DNA from: Paramoeba atlantica
Taxonomy: Eukaryota; Protista; Discosea
Direction: 5' to 3'
NCBI GenBank assembly: GCA_977017575.1
Contig: CDRNVI010000006.1
Span: 124,001-188,000, forward strand
DNA: 64,000 nt
Both the position numbers and the translations under genes were made by a program. Each line of letters opens with the position of its first letter. Position 1 is the first letter of the stretch. A model generated the notes under the pieces. It did no database searches. It saw only the letters and a list, made by a program, of their open reading frames with translations, and was not told where the DNA came from. Of this stretch, positions 53,115 to 62,008 are shown in pieces.

Positions 53115-54737
53115 ATGAACATTGCCGTTCTCGTAAGTGCCTATACCCAACCCTCAACCCACCCCACCTCCACCACAACCCCCCACCCCCCCGATCCCTC
53201 CGGCGACACCATTGCCGCCCTCACCGGACTCGATGACTACGATAAGACACCTGCACATTACTTTCCCAACTCAACCCCCCCTACGACAACAACAACAACA
53301 GCAACAGCAACGACGAGCCCCTCGACGACGACTCCCCCCTCCCCCTACACCTTCACCACCATCCCGCTCTACAAATCCACCAGCTACCGCGTCCTGCGCT
53401 CCCTGGTCCACGCCAAGCGCTACGCCTGCTACTTTGTCCTGTGCGACGGGGCCAAGGACGAGGACCGGGCCGGGGAGGAGGTCCTGCGCGCCCTCGAGGA
53501 GTTCAACGTCCCCTACACCGGCGTCGCCCTCCCCCACTTCGACCCCAGCAAGGCGGAGATGAAGATGTTCGCCCACTACGCCCACATCCGGTGCCCCCCC
53601 TGGGTGGTACTGAAGGAGGTCCCCGCGAGTGTGGAGGCGATGGGGGCGGTGGTACGCGAGCGCGGGCTGGCCTACCCGCTGATCGTGAAGCACCCCCACG
53701 GGTTTAACTCGGTCGGGATGACGAGGGGGAGTAAGTGCGGGGACGACCGCGCGTGCTGGGAGCAGGTGGGGAAGACGGTGGGGAGTTTCCAGGGCGCCCT
53801 GGTGGAGGAGTTCGTGACGGGGGATGAGGTGACGGTGCTGGCGGTGCAGACCCCGGAGGGGACGAGGGTGCTGCCGCCGGTGCAGATGAGGTTTCCGGAG
53901 GGGGAGGATTTTAAGCATTTTGATTTGAAGTGGAAGACGTTTGGGGAGATGGAGTGGGTTCCGGTGCCGGTGGAGGATCCGGCGTATGGGGAGATGGTGC
54001 GGGTGGGGAAGGTGGCGTTTGAGAGTATGCTGCAAGGGGTGGGGCTGGGGCGGTGTGATTTGCGGGTGGATCGACGCACCAATGAGGTGTATTTTCTGGA
54101 GATCAACCCGAACCCGGGGATTTTCTACGCCCCCGGGGATGAGGGCTCGGCGGATATGATTTTGAAGTACAACGCCGCGGAGTTTGGACACCAGGAGGTG
54201 ACCAAGGCGCTGATCGAGTCCGCGTTTCTGGAGCAGGAGAAGCGCGCGAAGCGGTACGTGGTGAGCTTCGACCCCCGTAAGGGGTACCACCTGCGGGCCG
54301 CGCGGGACCTGCGTGCGGGCGATCTGGTGTTCGAGGACGAGGGCAAGCCGATGCCGATGGTCACCCGCCCGTACGTGATGAAGCACTGGGACGAGGACAG
54401 CAAGGCGGACTTTGAGCGCTACGCGTGGCCGCTCTCCGATGACGGCCACATCTACGCCGTGTGGGATGAGGACCACACCAAGTGGCGCCCCATCAATCAC
54501 AGCTGCTCCCCGAGTACCATCTTTGCCGCCCCGCACTCGCTGAATATGATCGCCTCACGGGATATTAAGAAGGGGGAGGAGCTCACGATGGACTACGCCG
54601 CGTTCTGCGATGAGACCATGAAGCCGTTTGAGTGTAACTGTGGGGCGCCGGAGTGCCGTAAGTCGATTTTCGCTGACCCGGAGGTGATTGCGCGGTACGG
54701 CCCCAATGCATGGCACCGTCGTCGGAAACAGGCGTAA
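53115..54737 (+). CDS. ATP-grasp (D-Ala-D-Ala ligase-like) fused to SET/post-SET
   Basis: PLIVKHPHG, LVEEFVTGDEVTV, GRCDLRVD, FLEINPNPG; SET motifs GYHLRAARD, PINHSC, RDIKKGEELTMDY, CNCGAPECR. Confidence 0.88.
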   Translation: MNIAVLVSAYTQPSTHPTSTTTPHPPDPSGDTIAALTGLDDYDKTPAHYFPNSTPPTTTTTTATATTSPSTTTPPSPYTFTTIPLYKSTSYRVLRSLVHAKRYACYFVLCDGAKDEDRAGEEVLRALEEFNVPYTGVALPHFDPSKAEMKMFAHYAHIRCPPWVVLKEVPASVEAMGAVVRERGLAYPLIVKHPHGFNSVGMTRGSKCGDDRACWEQVGKTVGSFQGALVEEFVTGDEVTVLAVQTPEGTRVLPPVQMRFPEGEDFKHFDLKWKTFGEMEWVPVPVEDPAYGEMVRVGKVAFESMLQGVGLGRCDLRVDRRTNEVYFLEINPNPGIFYAPGDEGSADMILKYNAAEFGHQEVTKALIESAFLEQEKRAKRYVVSFDPRKGYHLRAARDLRAGDLVFEDEGKPMPMVTRPYVMKHWDEDSKADFERYAWPLSDDGHIYAVWDEDHTKWRPINHSCSPSTIFAAPHSLNMIASRDIKKGEELTMDYAAFCDETMKPFECNCGAPECRKSIFADPEVIARYGPNAWHRRRKQA

Positions 54738-55257
54738 GGGTGAGGAATAAGGTCGGTTGGACGGGAAGGGTGATCTTAGAATAGAGAAAATAAGTCGGGT
54801 TTAAGGATAAGGCTGGTTTAAAAAAGAATTTTGACACATGTATCGATTATAAGAAGCATACTTTTTTGATTTATTTTCCGGCGTTAGACAGCTTTAGACA
54901 GGAGATACAATCTGTGCTTTGTTTATTTGCTATTCGTATTCTGTTTTTACCTATTTCTAAATCGTAATTTAGTGATTTATGGCGGGGTGATACATATTGC
55001 CCACATTATCCTATTTGTTTTTGATGGAACACTAAACACAAAATATAATCTTCTAAACGATCAAACGAAATCCAAACTCTTCTGCACCTGTAACGGTAAA
55101 TCTCATTTCACCGTCCCCAAAACCTAAACACTTAAAACCCAAAACAAGGACAAATAAAAATTTAATTTACTTCCTGAACTCCATTTCCACCCCATTTCAC
55201 TGCTAAACCCACCGATTTTCTCCCTCTCCCTTTTTTTACCTTCTCCTCCATCCCCCC

Positions 55258-55911
55258 ATGCGCCCCCCTTTCCTCCCCCTCCTCCTCCTCCTCGCCCTCT
55301 CCTCCCTCCCCCCCCTCACCGCCCTGCGCCCCGGGGTCCTCACCTTCCGCGTCCCCCCGCGCGCCGAGGAGTGTCTCTACGTCGAGGTCCCCCGCGCGAA
55401 CGACAAGCTCTACCAGCACTTCACCGTCACCGAGGGCGGGGGTCTCGACATCGCCTTCGCCCTCACCGTCCCCGACGGGAGTGAGATGGTGAGTCTCCCG
55501 CGCAGCCCCGAGGAGCGGGTGCTGCTGAGGGCCCCGGCGCCTGGGATCTACACCACTTGCTTTAAAAACAACAAAGGGGTGAGCCCGGGGATGAAAACCA
55601 TCTCGTTTCTAAGCCAAGTCGGGGGGGAGGGGGATGTGGAGGCTGAGGGGGGGCTGACTCAGGGGAGGCACAGAGTAACAGGGAGTCAGGTGATGGAGGC
55701 GGGGCTGATTCGGATAACCAATGGGCTGCAGGAGATGCGTGGGGAGCAGGCGTATGTGGCGACCCGGGAGAGGCACCATCGGGATACGGTGGAGAGTACC
55801 AACACGAGGGTGTTGGTGTGGGGGGTCGCGGAGGTGGTGGGGTTGGGGGTGATGACGGTGGTGCAGTTGGGGGTGTTGAAAAGGAGTTTTGGCACGCAAA
55901 GGGGGGTGTGA
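55258..55911 (+). CDS. p24/emp24/TMED GOLD-domain cargo receptor
   Basis: Signal peptide, EECLY, GIYTTCFKN, RERHHRDTVESTNTRVLVW, C-terminal TM. Confidence 0.92.
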   Translation: MRPPFLPLLLLLALSSLPPLTALRPGVLTFRVPPRAEECLYVEVPRANDKLYQHFTVTEGGGLDIAFALTVPDGSEMVSLPRSPEERVLLRAPAPGIYTTCFKNNKGVSPGMKTISFLSQVGGEGDVEAEGGLTQGRHRVTGSQVMEAGLIRITNGLQEMRGEQAYVATRERHHRDTVESTNTRVLVWGVAEVVGLGVMTVVQLGVLKRSFGTQRGV

Positions 55912-56152
55912 GGGGGTGAATCGATGGGGTAGAGAAGTGCTGTGGGTTGGGGTGGAAAAAAGACGGTGAAAATCTACACAGGGGTGTTTCTGTCTTGTTG
56001 CATCGGTGTTCGAAACATAAAATATGAAACTAGACGAGGATCTATCCACGTGAATAAGAAAAGGGTTTTCCTTATCGTGGTTCATGTTTTACTATTTTTC
56101 CTTCGTATCCCCCTTACCCACTAAAGCACCCCTTTCCTTCCCTTCTATTCCC

Positions 56153-57016
56153 ATGACCCCCACGACACCTCTCCCCCCTCACGACACCGACACCCTCTCC
56201 TCCTCCTCCACCCCTTGCTCCAGCATGGACGAGGACTCCAGCGTCGACGAGTCCTGGATCCACTGGTACACCTCCCAGCGCGGTAACGAGTTTCTCTGCG
56301 CCGTCGACGAGGACTACATCGAGGACGAGTTCAACCTTACCGGTCTCCCCGCCACCACCCCCCACTACCGTCACGCGCTCCACATTATCCTCGACCTGGA
56401 GTTAGAAAACTTAACCCCCCCGGAGCTCGACCCCCTCTCCGACTCCACCCTCCGTACCCTGGAAGCCCACGCGGAGAACCTCTACGGTCTGATCCACGCC
56501 CGCTTCCTGCTGACCCCCCGGGGCCAGCGGCTGCTGTTCGACAAATTCCAAAACAAGGACTTCGGGGTGTGTCCCCGGGTGGGGTGCCGCTCCCGCGGGG
56601 TACTCCCGGTGGGTCTCCACGACAAGCCCGGGCAGAGCGCGGTGAGCGTGTTCTGCCCGGGCTGCGAGCAGTTGTACGCCCCCAGCCACCGCGCCCACCG
56701 CGGGCTCGATGGCGCCTTCTGGGGGAGCACGGCAGCCCACCTGCTGCTGCTCTCGGAGGGGGGGAGGGGGAATAGAGAAAGGAATCAAGAAAGGAATGCA
56801 GAAAAGAATACAGAAAAGAATCAAGAAATTCTTGAAAAGGATAAGAACAGGCCGAGTGCTGCCTACGTGCCTCGGATTTATGGCTTCCGGGTGCATCGGC
56901 AGTGTGGGGATAAAGGGGTGGAGGAGAGGGAAAAGGGGGAGGGGGAGAAGAAAAAGGAAAAAGGGGTAGAGGAATCTATCCCGGGGAGGTATCCGAGTGA
57001 TACGGTAGCGGTGTAG
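56153..57016 (+). CDS. CKB: Casein kinase II regulatory subunit beta
   Basis: SWIHWY...GNEFLCAVDEDYIEDEFNLTGL, LYGLIHARF, FGVCPRVGC, FCPGC, YVPRIYGF; first ATG at 56153. Confidence 0.95.
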   Translation: MTPTTPLPPHDTDTLSSSSTPCSSMDEDSSVDESWIHWYTSQRGNEFLCAVDEDYIEDEFNLTGLPATTPHYRHALHIILDLELENLTPPELDPLSDSTLRTLEAHAENLYGLIHARFLLTPRGQRLLFDKFQNKDFGVCPRVGCRSRGVLPVGLHDKPGQSAVSVFCPGCEQLYAPSHRAHRGLDGAFWGSTAAHLLLLSEGGRGNRERNQERNAEKNTEKNQEILEKDKNRPSAAYVPRIYGFRVHRQCGDKGVEEREKGEGEKKKEKGVEESIPGRYPSDTVAV

Positions 57017-57235
57017 GGGGGCAGGGAGGGGGGGAATGTACTCTGCCATGGTAGAATGGGTAGGTTTGAATATTAGGTGAGGGTCTGGATATAAAAGTAG
57101 TATAAAGTATTTATTGGGTGAAAGTTTATCTAGAAAAGCAATAAACGTACGATAAAGTGCTTAAAGCGAGCCACACAACGTATAATCCTTTTTTCTTAGT
57201 CCATTTTCTCATTTATCCCACGTTTCTTCCCATAA

Positions 57236-57661
57236 ATGAGCGATAAAGTCCAAACCTTTGGGAAAAAGAAGACCAGCGTGGCGTGTGCGACCGCGTTTCG
57301 CGGACACGGCCAGATTCGTGTCAACGGCCAGCCGCTTCACCTCGTGCAACCCGCCCCGCTGCGCCAAAAGCTCTTCGAGCCGCTTCACATCATCGGGGCC
57401 GCCCGCGCCCGGGACATTGACATTCGCATCCGCGTCCGTGGAGGGGGTCAGGTGAGTCAGGTCTATGCCACGCGACAGGCCATCTCCAAGGCCCTGGTGG
57501 CGTATTACCAGAAACACCACAGCGAGCTGGAGAAACAGGAGGTGAAGGAGGCGCTGCTGCACTTTGACCGCAGCCTGCTGGTCGCTGACCCACGCCGTCG
57601 GGAGCCGAAGAAGTATGGCTGCCACGGAGCACGTTCGAAGTTTACGAAGTCCTACCGTTAA
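57236..57661 (+). CDS. RPS16: 40S ribosomal protein S16 (uS9)
   Basis: VQTFGKKKT, IRVNGQPL, VRGGGQVSQVYA, LLVADPRRREPKKYG...KSYR. Confidence 0.97.
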   Translation: MSDKVQTFGKKKTSVACATAFRGHGQIRVNGQPLHLVQPAPLRQKLFEPLHIIGAARARDIDIRIRVRGGGQVSQVYATRQAISKALVAYYQKHHSELEKQEVKEALLHFDRSLLVADPRRREPKKYGCHGARSKFTKSYR

Positions 57662-57919
57662 GCACGGCAGGGAGAGATGGGGGAAAGTGAAGATGATATT
57701 GTGGGAGGTGGAGTCGATGTGGGTAACATTTCTCCATATTGAAACAGAAAGCGGAGGTAAGAGCATTGAAAATGTCTAGATAAATATTATTTTCTCAAAC
57801 TTTCTTTTCTTTTTTCCATATGCACGTATTGGGATCAATTTTTTGACTTGAACCTTACTTATTCTTTATTTCTTGTTCACAAGATCTAACTCTCTTTCCC
57901 CCACTCCCTCCCTCTCTCC

Positions 57920-59569
57920 ATGTTCTCCTCCCCCCCTTCCCCCCTCCCCCCCTCCTACGAGGACCCCTACGAGCGTGGACGCCGTGACGCCCAGCAGCAC
58001 TACGAACGTTCGCAGCCTAATTTCCTGCGAAACACCTTTGGCCCGCTCCTCTGGGTCGGGATCCCCGCGGCGCTGTCGTTTGCCTTATTTCGTCGGATGA
58101 GCAAAGTCTCCCGCCCCGGGGGTGGGGGGAGCGGCGGCATGATGGATCTGTTCTCCCCGGTGGCGCCACGCAACTTTAGAGTCGACCTCAAAGGGACCTC
58201 CTTTGATAGTGTCATTGGCATCCCGGAAGCGAAACGGGAAATACAGCAGTACCTTGAGTTTTTAAAAGACAGCGGGAAATTCACAAGGCTGGGGGCGCGC
58301 ATGCCTCGGGGGTGTCTACTCACCGGGGAGCCGGGCACCGGGAAGACTTTATTGGCCAAGGCGGTGGCGGGAGAAGCCAAGGTTCCGTTTTTCTCCTGTA
58401 ATGGCAGCGATTTTGTGGAAATCTATGGCGGCAGTGGACCGAAAAGAGTCCGCGAACTTTTCGAAGAGGCTCGGAAGTCCATGCCGTCGGTTGTTTTTAT
58501 AGATGAAATCGATGCCATCGGGAGCCGGCACGCGAACCGAGGAGGAGGACCCGGGGGGGTCTCCAGTGAGGAGAATCGAACGGTGAACCAGCTGCTCTCG
58601 GAGCTCGACGGATTGGCCCACGGCAACACGGATCGCATTGTGGTCTTCGCCGCGACAAATTTGAAAGACAGCATTGACCCGGCGTTACTACGAGAGGGCC
58701 GATTCGATCGTAAAGTGGATATTGAAATGCCAGATAAGGGAGCGCGAAAGGAGTTATTTCAGTTTTACCTCGGGCGTGTGACGCTCTCTCCGGAATGTAA
58801 GGGGGAGGAGGTCGCAACACAACTCGCAGATCTCACCCCCGGGCTCTCCCCGGCCACCATTGCCACCATTGTCAATGAGGCAGCGTTGGGCGCCTCGCTA
58901 AAAGGACTCCCGGCGGTGACCCCGAAATGCCTACGTGACGCGATTGAGGATGTCACGATTGGGAAACAACTGTCACGCTCCCGGGTCGGGGTGGATGGGA
59001 CGACCCGCACGGCCTGTCACGAGTGTGGCCATGCGATGACCGCGTGGCTGCTGCCGTTGTCCCAACAACGACGAGGGGAGGTGCTAAAGGTGAGTGTCCG
59101 CCCTCGTGGTTCCGTGTTGGGGTATACCCAACGAAAAGGCGCGGAGGCGTATGAGTATGACACCGATGTGAAGTTATTTCACGAGGTCTGTGTGTTGTTG
59201 GGAGGGAGGGTCGCGGAGACGCTGATGTATGATGCGCAAATCAGTACCGGAGCCGTCGATGATTTACAAAAGGCCACAAAGGTGTGTTTGAACCACGTGC
59301 TGACATTTGGGTTTGATAAAGGGGTGGGACGGCTGTCGCATTCGCCGGACGAGATTGGCCGCGGGCAGGCGTTTGTGAGTTTTAGTGAGCAGAGCCAAAA
59401 TGTGGCGGAACAGAAGGCGAATGAGCTGCTGCACAAGGCACAGGAGATCACACTTAGCCTTTTGCGTCCCAGAAAAAAGGAGCTGCAGGCCATCACAGAG
59501 GAGCTCGTTAAGAAAAAAGAGCTCGATGCGAGTGAGATAGAATCGATTCTTGGTCCTCAAAAGGTTTAG
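57920..59569 (+). CDS. ftsH: FtsH-family AAA+ zinc metalloprotease (likely mitochondrial)
   Basis: Walker A GEPGTGKT, Walker [23 protein letters not shown]. Confidence 0.93.
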   Translation: MFSSPPSPLPPSYEDPYERGRRDAQQHYERSQPNFLRNTFGPLLWVGIPAALSFALFRRMSKVSRPGGGGSGGMMDLFSPVAPRNFRVDLKGTSFDSVIGIPEAKREIQQYLEFLKDSGKFTRLGARMPRGCLLTGEPGTGKTLLAKAVAGEAKVPFFSCNGSDFVEIYGGSGPKRVRELFEEARKSMPSVVFIDEIDAIGSRHANRGGGPGGVSSEENRTVNQLLSELDGLAHGNTDRIVVFAATNLKDSIDPALLREGRFDRKVDIEMPDKGARKELFQFYLGRVTLSPECKGEEVATQLADLTPGLSPATIATIVNEAALGASLKGLPAVTPKCLRDAIEDVTIGKQLSRSRVGVDGTTRTACHECGHAMTAWLLPLSQQRRGEVLKVSVRPRGSVLGYTQRKGAEAYEYDTDVKLFHEVCVLLGGRVAETLMYDAQISTGAVDDLQKATKVCLNHVLTFGFDKGVGRLSHSPDEIGRGQAFVSFSEQSQNVAEQKANELLHKAQEITLSLLRPRKKELQAITEELVKKKELDASEIESILGPQKV

Positions 59570-59789
59570 ATGGGGGCTGGTTCTGTGAAATGTTTTGTAC
59601 ATAGTATGCCAAAATACAGATTCTAGTTCAAGTATTGTTTCTTTTCACTCCTTTTAGTTGATATGTGGCAGAAACTTTTGTTAACGGTGCATTGGTTCTC
59701 TTATTTGTATACTAGCTACTTGTTACATGGCCTACTAAGATGCTATTCCCATGATTTGCGACTTTGCTTAAACCTGTTTCAAAAGAATC

Positions 59790-60950
59790 ATGACGACTGA
59801 TACCTCTGTAAAAGATGGCGCAATGAAAGTTATACCAGGCTTCGAACCACTTGAAGAATTACGAGAGAAGGTTGTCTATGGGCACTACTTCACCCACACC
59901 AAACCTCTATCAACCTTATCTTACATGAAACTAACAACGGAATCCCTCAGGTCCGTTCTGGCAGCTCAACCGTCGGAGTGTTCTACTCGGAAACTTATTG
60001 ATAATTTGCGTCAATATGGGAAGTTATTTTCTCGCATCACAACACATGGCCCTTTACTCTCCAACGTTTTTCGACGTGTACTCGCAGTTATTCGTGAAGA
60101 ACTTCACGAACAGCAAGAAAAAGTGGAAAGAAAAGAAACAAATCTAAATGAGAAGACACTGGAAAATGAAAACGAATCAATCTTATCCCCCAGCCATGAC
60201 ATGATCCACCCTCTTTTCGACGTATCATGGGATACGATCCAGGAAGATGTTCTCTGCGGGATTACAGAATACATTCAAGAAATCGTTCATACCCCGGACG
60301 GTCTCCGTGAACAATTCGTCCAAAGCATCCGGGAAGGCGACCGACTCCTTGTGTCAGGCCACTCACCCGTTATGGAGCAAATGCTCACCAAATCTGCATC
60401 TCAGAAAACGTTCTCGGTGACTCTCCCGGAGAGCTGTGCCTCCAGCGATCTCAATCCCGAGCGACTACGCAAAAAAGGGATCACAACCGAAGTCCTCGGA
60501 GACAGTTCCCTGTATTCCTTTATGACCAAAGTGACTCAAGTGCTCATCGAGGCTCGTCTTGTGTTGGCCAATGGGGGTATGATGGCGAACGCCGGAAGCT
60601 ACCCGATGGCGTTATGCGCACGTCATTTTCAAAAACCAGTTGTTGTGATCGCCCCCGTGGAGTGTTTTGTGCCTCACTTTCCACACCCTTCGAATAGGAA
60701 TCGAATGATTAAGGGATCGGAACTGGGGGAGTATCCGTTTAAAAGCCAGAATCCGGCCACCGTTCTTCCTCAAAATGGGGTGCTAGGGGCAATTCATCCC
60801 AATGAGTTATGTCAGGTGGTGTGTCCCAGCGTGGAATACGTCCCCCCGGATCTGATTACCATGTATCTCACGAATGAGGAATGTTTCAATCCAAAAAATG
60901 TGGGCAGCGTCACGCGTGAGGCTTTTCATGCTGCTGACGCGGATTTGTAA
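59790..60950 (+). CDS. Translation initiation factor eIF2B regulatory subunit, probably beta
   Basis: VLIEARLVLANGG, GSYPMALCA...KPVVV, EYVPPDLITMYLTN; subunit assignment tentative. Confidence 0.8.
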   Translation: MTTDTSVKDGAMKVIPGFEPLEELREKVVYGHYFTHTKPLSTLSYMKLTTESLRSVLAAQPSECSTRKLIDNLRQYGKLFSRITTHGPLLSNVFRRVLAVIREELHEQQEKVERKETNLNEKTLENENESILSPSHDMIHPLFDVSWDTIQEDVLCGITEYIQEIVHTPDGLREQFVQSIREGDRLLVSGHSPVMEQMLTKSASQKTFSVTLPESCASSDLNPERLRKKGITTEVLGDSSLYSFMTKVTQVLIEARLVLANGGMMANAGSYPMALCARHFQKPVVVIAPVECFVPHFPHPSNRNRMIKGSELGEYPFKSQNPATVLPQNGVLGAIHPNELCQVVCPSVEYVPPDLITMYLTNEECFNPKNVGSVTREAFHAADADL

Positions 60951-61132
60951 GTTTTTGATATCAAGATGCGACGTATAAGTTGTTGGAAAATCGGCAGCTC
61001 AGATTGCTTTGTAGAAGCCGTACTCTTGTTTCTGCGTTATGTTACGTATTTTTCCTGCGTATCACTTTCCTTAAACCTCAACACATACCTCCCCTAGATT
61101 TTTATTATTAGTATCCCTCTCTCGTTTTTTCC

Positions 61133-61777
61133 ATGGTCAAGAAACGCGATCTTAACCGCTCCACCCGTCCCGTCACCTACGGCACCGTCATTGATCTCAA
61201 AGAGCACCTCGTGGGTCGTACCGCGGCGGTGATTGCGAAAGCTCTCCTCGAGGGTCACATCATCACGGCCACACGAACCGAGCAGCTCAACCTTGCGGGC
61301 CCAGAGCTCCGGAATAAAAAGAAATTCCTGGACTTTTTACGTAAAAAACATTTGACGAACCCGAAGAAGGGTCCGTTTCATTTTCGCTCCCCCCGCATGA
61401 TGTTTCGTCGTGTGGTTCGCGGCATGCTCCCCAAGGATAAGCGAGGGCAGGAGGCCCTGAGCCGACTGAAGGTGTTTGAGGGCATTCCCAAGTTTCTTTT
61501 GACCGAGGGACGTCGGGTCTGTGCCCCTGGGTGTCTGCGACCCACGCGCTACGCCCCGCACCGGAAATATACGAAATTGGGAAACGTTTGTAAGGAAGTG
61601 GGATGGAATCACCGAAGCGTGGTCGAGAAATACGAGAACAAGCGTATTGCGGCCTCCACCGAGTGGTTTGCGGATCGCATGACGAAGGAGCGCTCCCAGA
61701 AGGAACGGGAGGCGGCAGCGCAGAAGGCCATGTCCGCGGAGGACGTGGCGCTGCTGCGAAAGTTTGGTAGTGCGTGA
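61133..61777 (+). CDS. RPL13A: 60S ribosomal protein L13a (uL13)
   Basis: VIDLKEHLVGR, NPKKGPFHFRSP, RGMLP, LKVFEGIP. Confidence 0.97.
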   Translation: MVKKRDLNRSTRPVTYGTVIDLKEHLVGRTAAVIAKALLEGHIITATRTEQLNLAGPELRNKKKFLDFLRKKHLTNPKKGPFHFRSPRMMFRRVVRGMLPKDKRGQEALSRLKVFEGIPKFLLTEGRRVCAPGCLRPTRYAPHRKYTKLGNVCKEVGWNHRSVVEKYENKRIAASTEWFADRMTKERSQKEREAAAQKAMSAEDVALLRKFGSA

Positions 61778-62008
61778 GAAGGGAGTTGCGGTGGTAAAGA
61801 GCAAAAGTGGAAATGGAAGTCACAAGAAAACGGTAAAATTGTAGGAATAAATTAAAGAAGGTATTGTTCTGTAACAAAGCTATAAAATAAGCTGAATGGA
61901 TGCATACATGTATCTTGATTTCCACTGCACAAAATATTTCATGAATACTCATTCGTGCAATTTATTTTTACATATTTCTCATTTTTTCGCATTCCCTTTT
62001 TGCATCCC

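Noticed and set aside
53271-57049. Long antisense ORFs (53271-54536, 55609-56085, 56411-57049)
   Set aside because: Shadows of GC-rich sense genes; no motifs.
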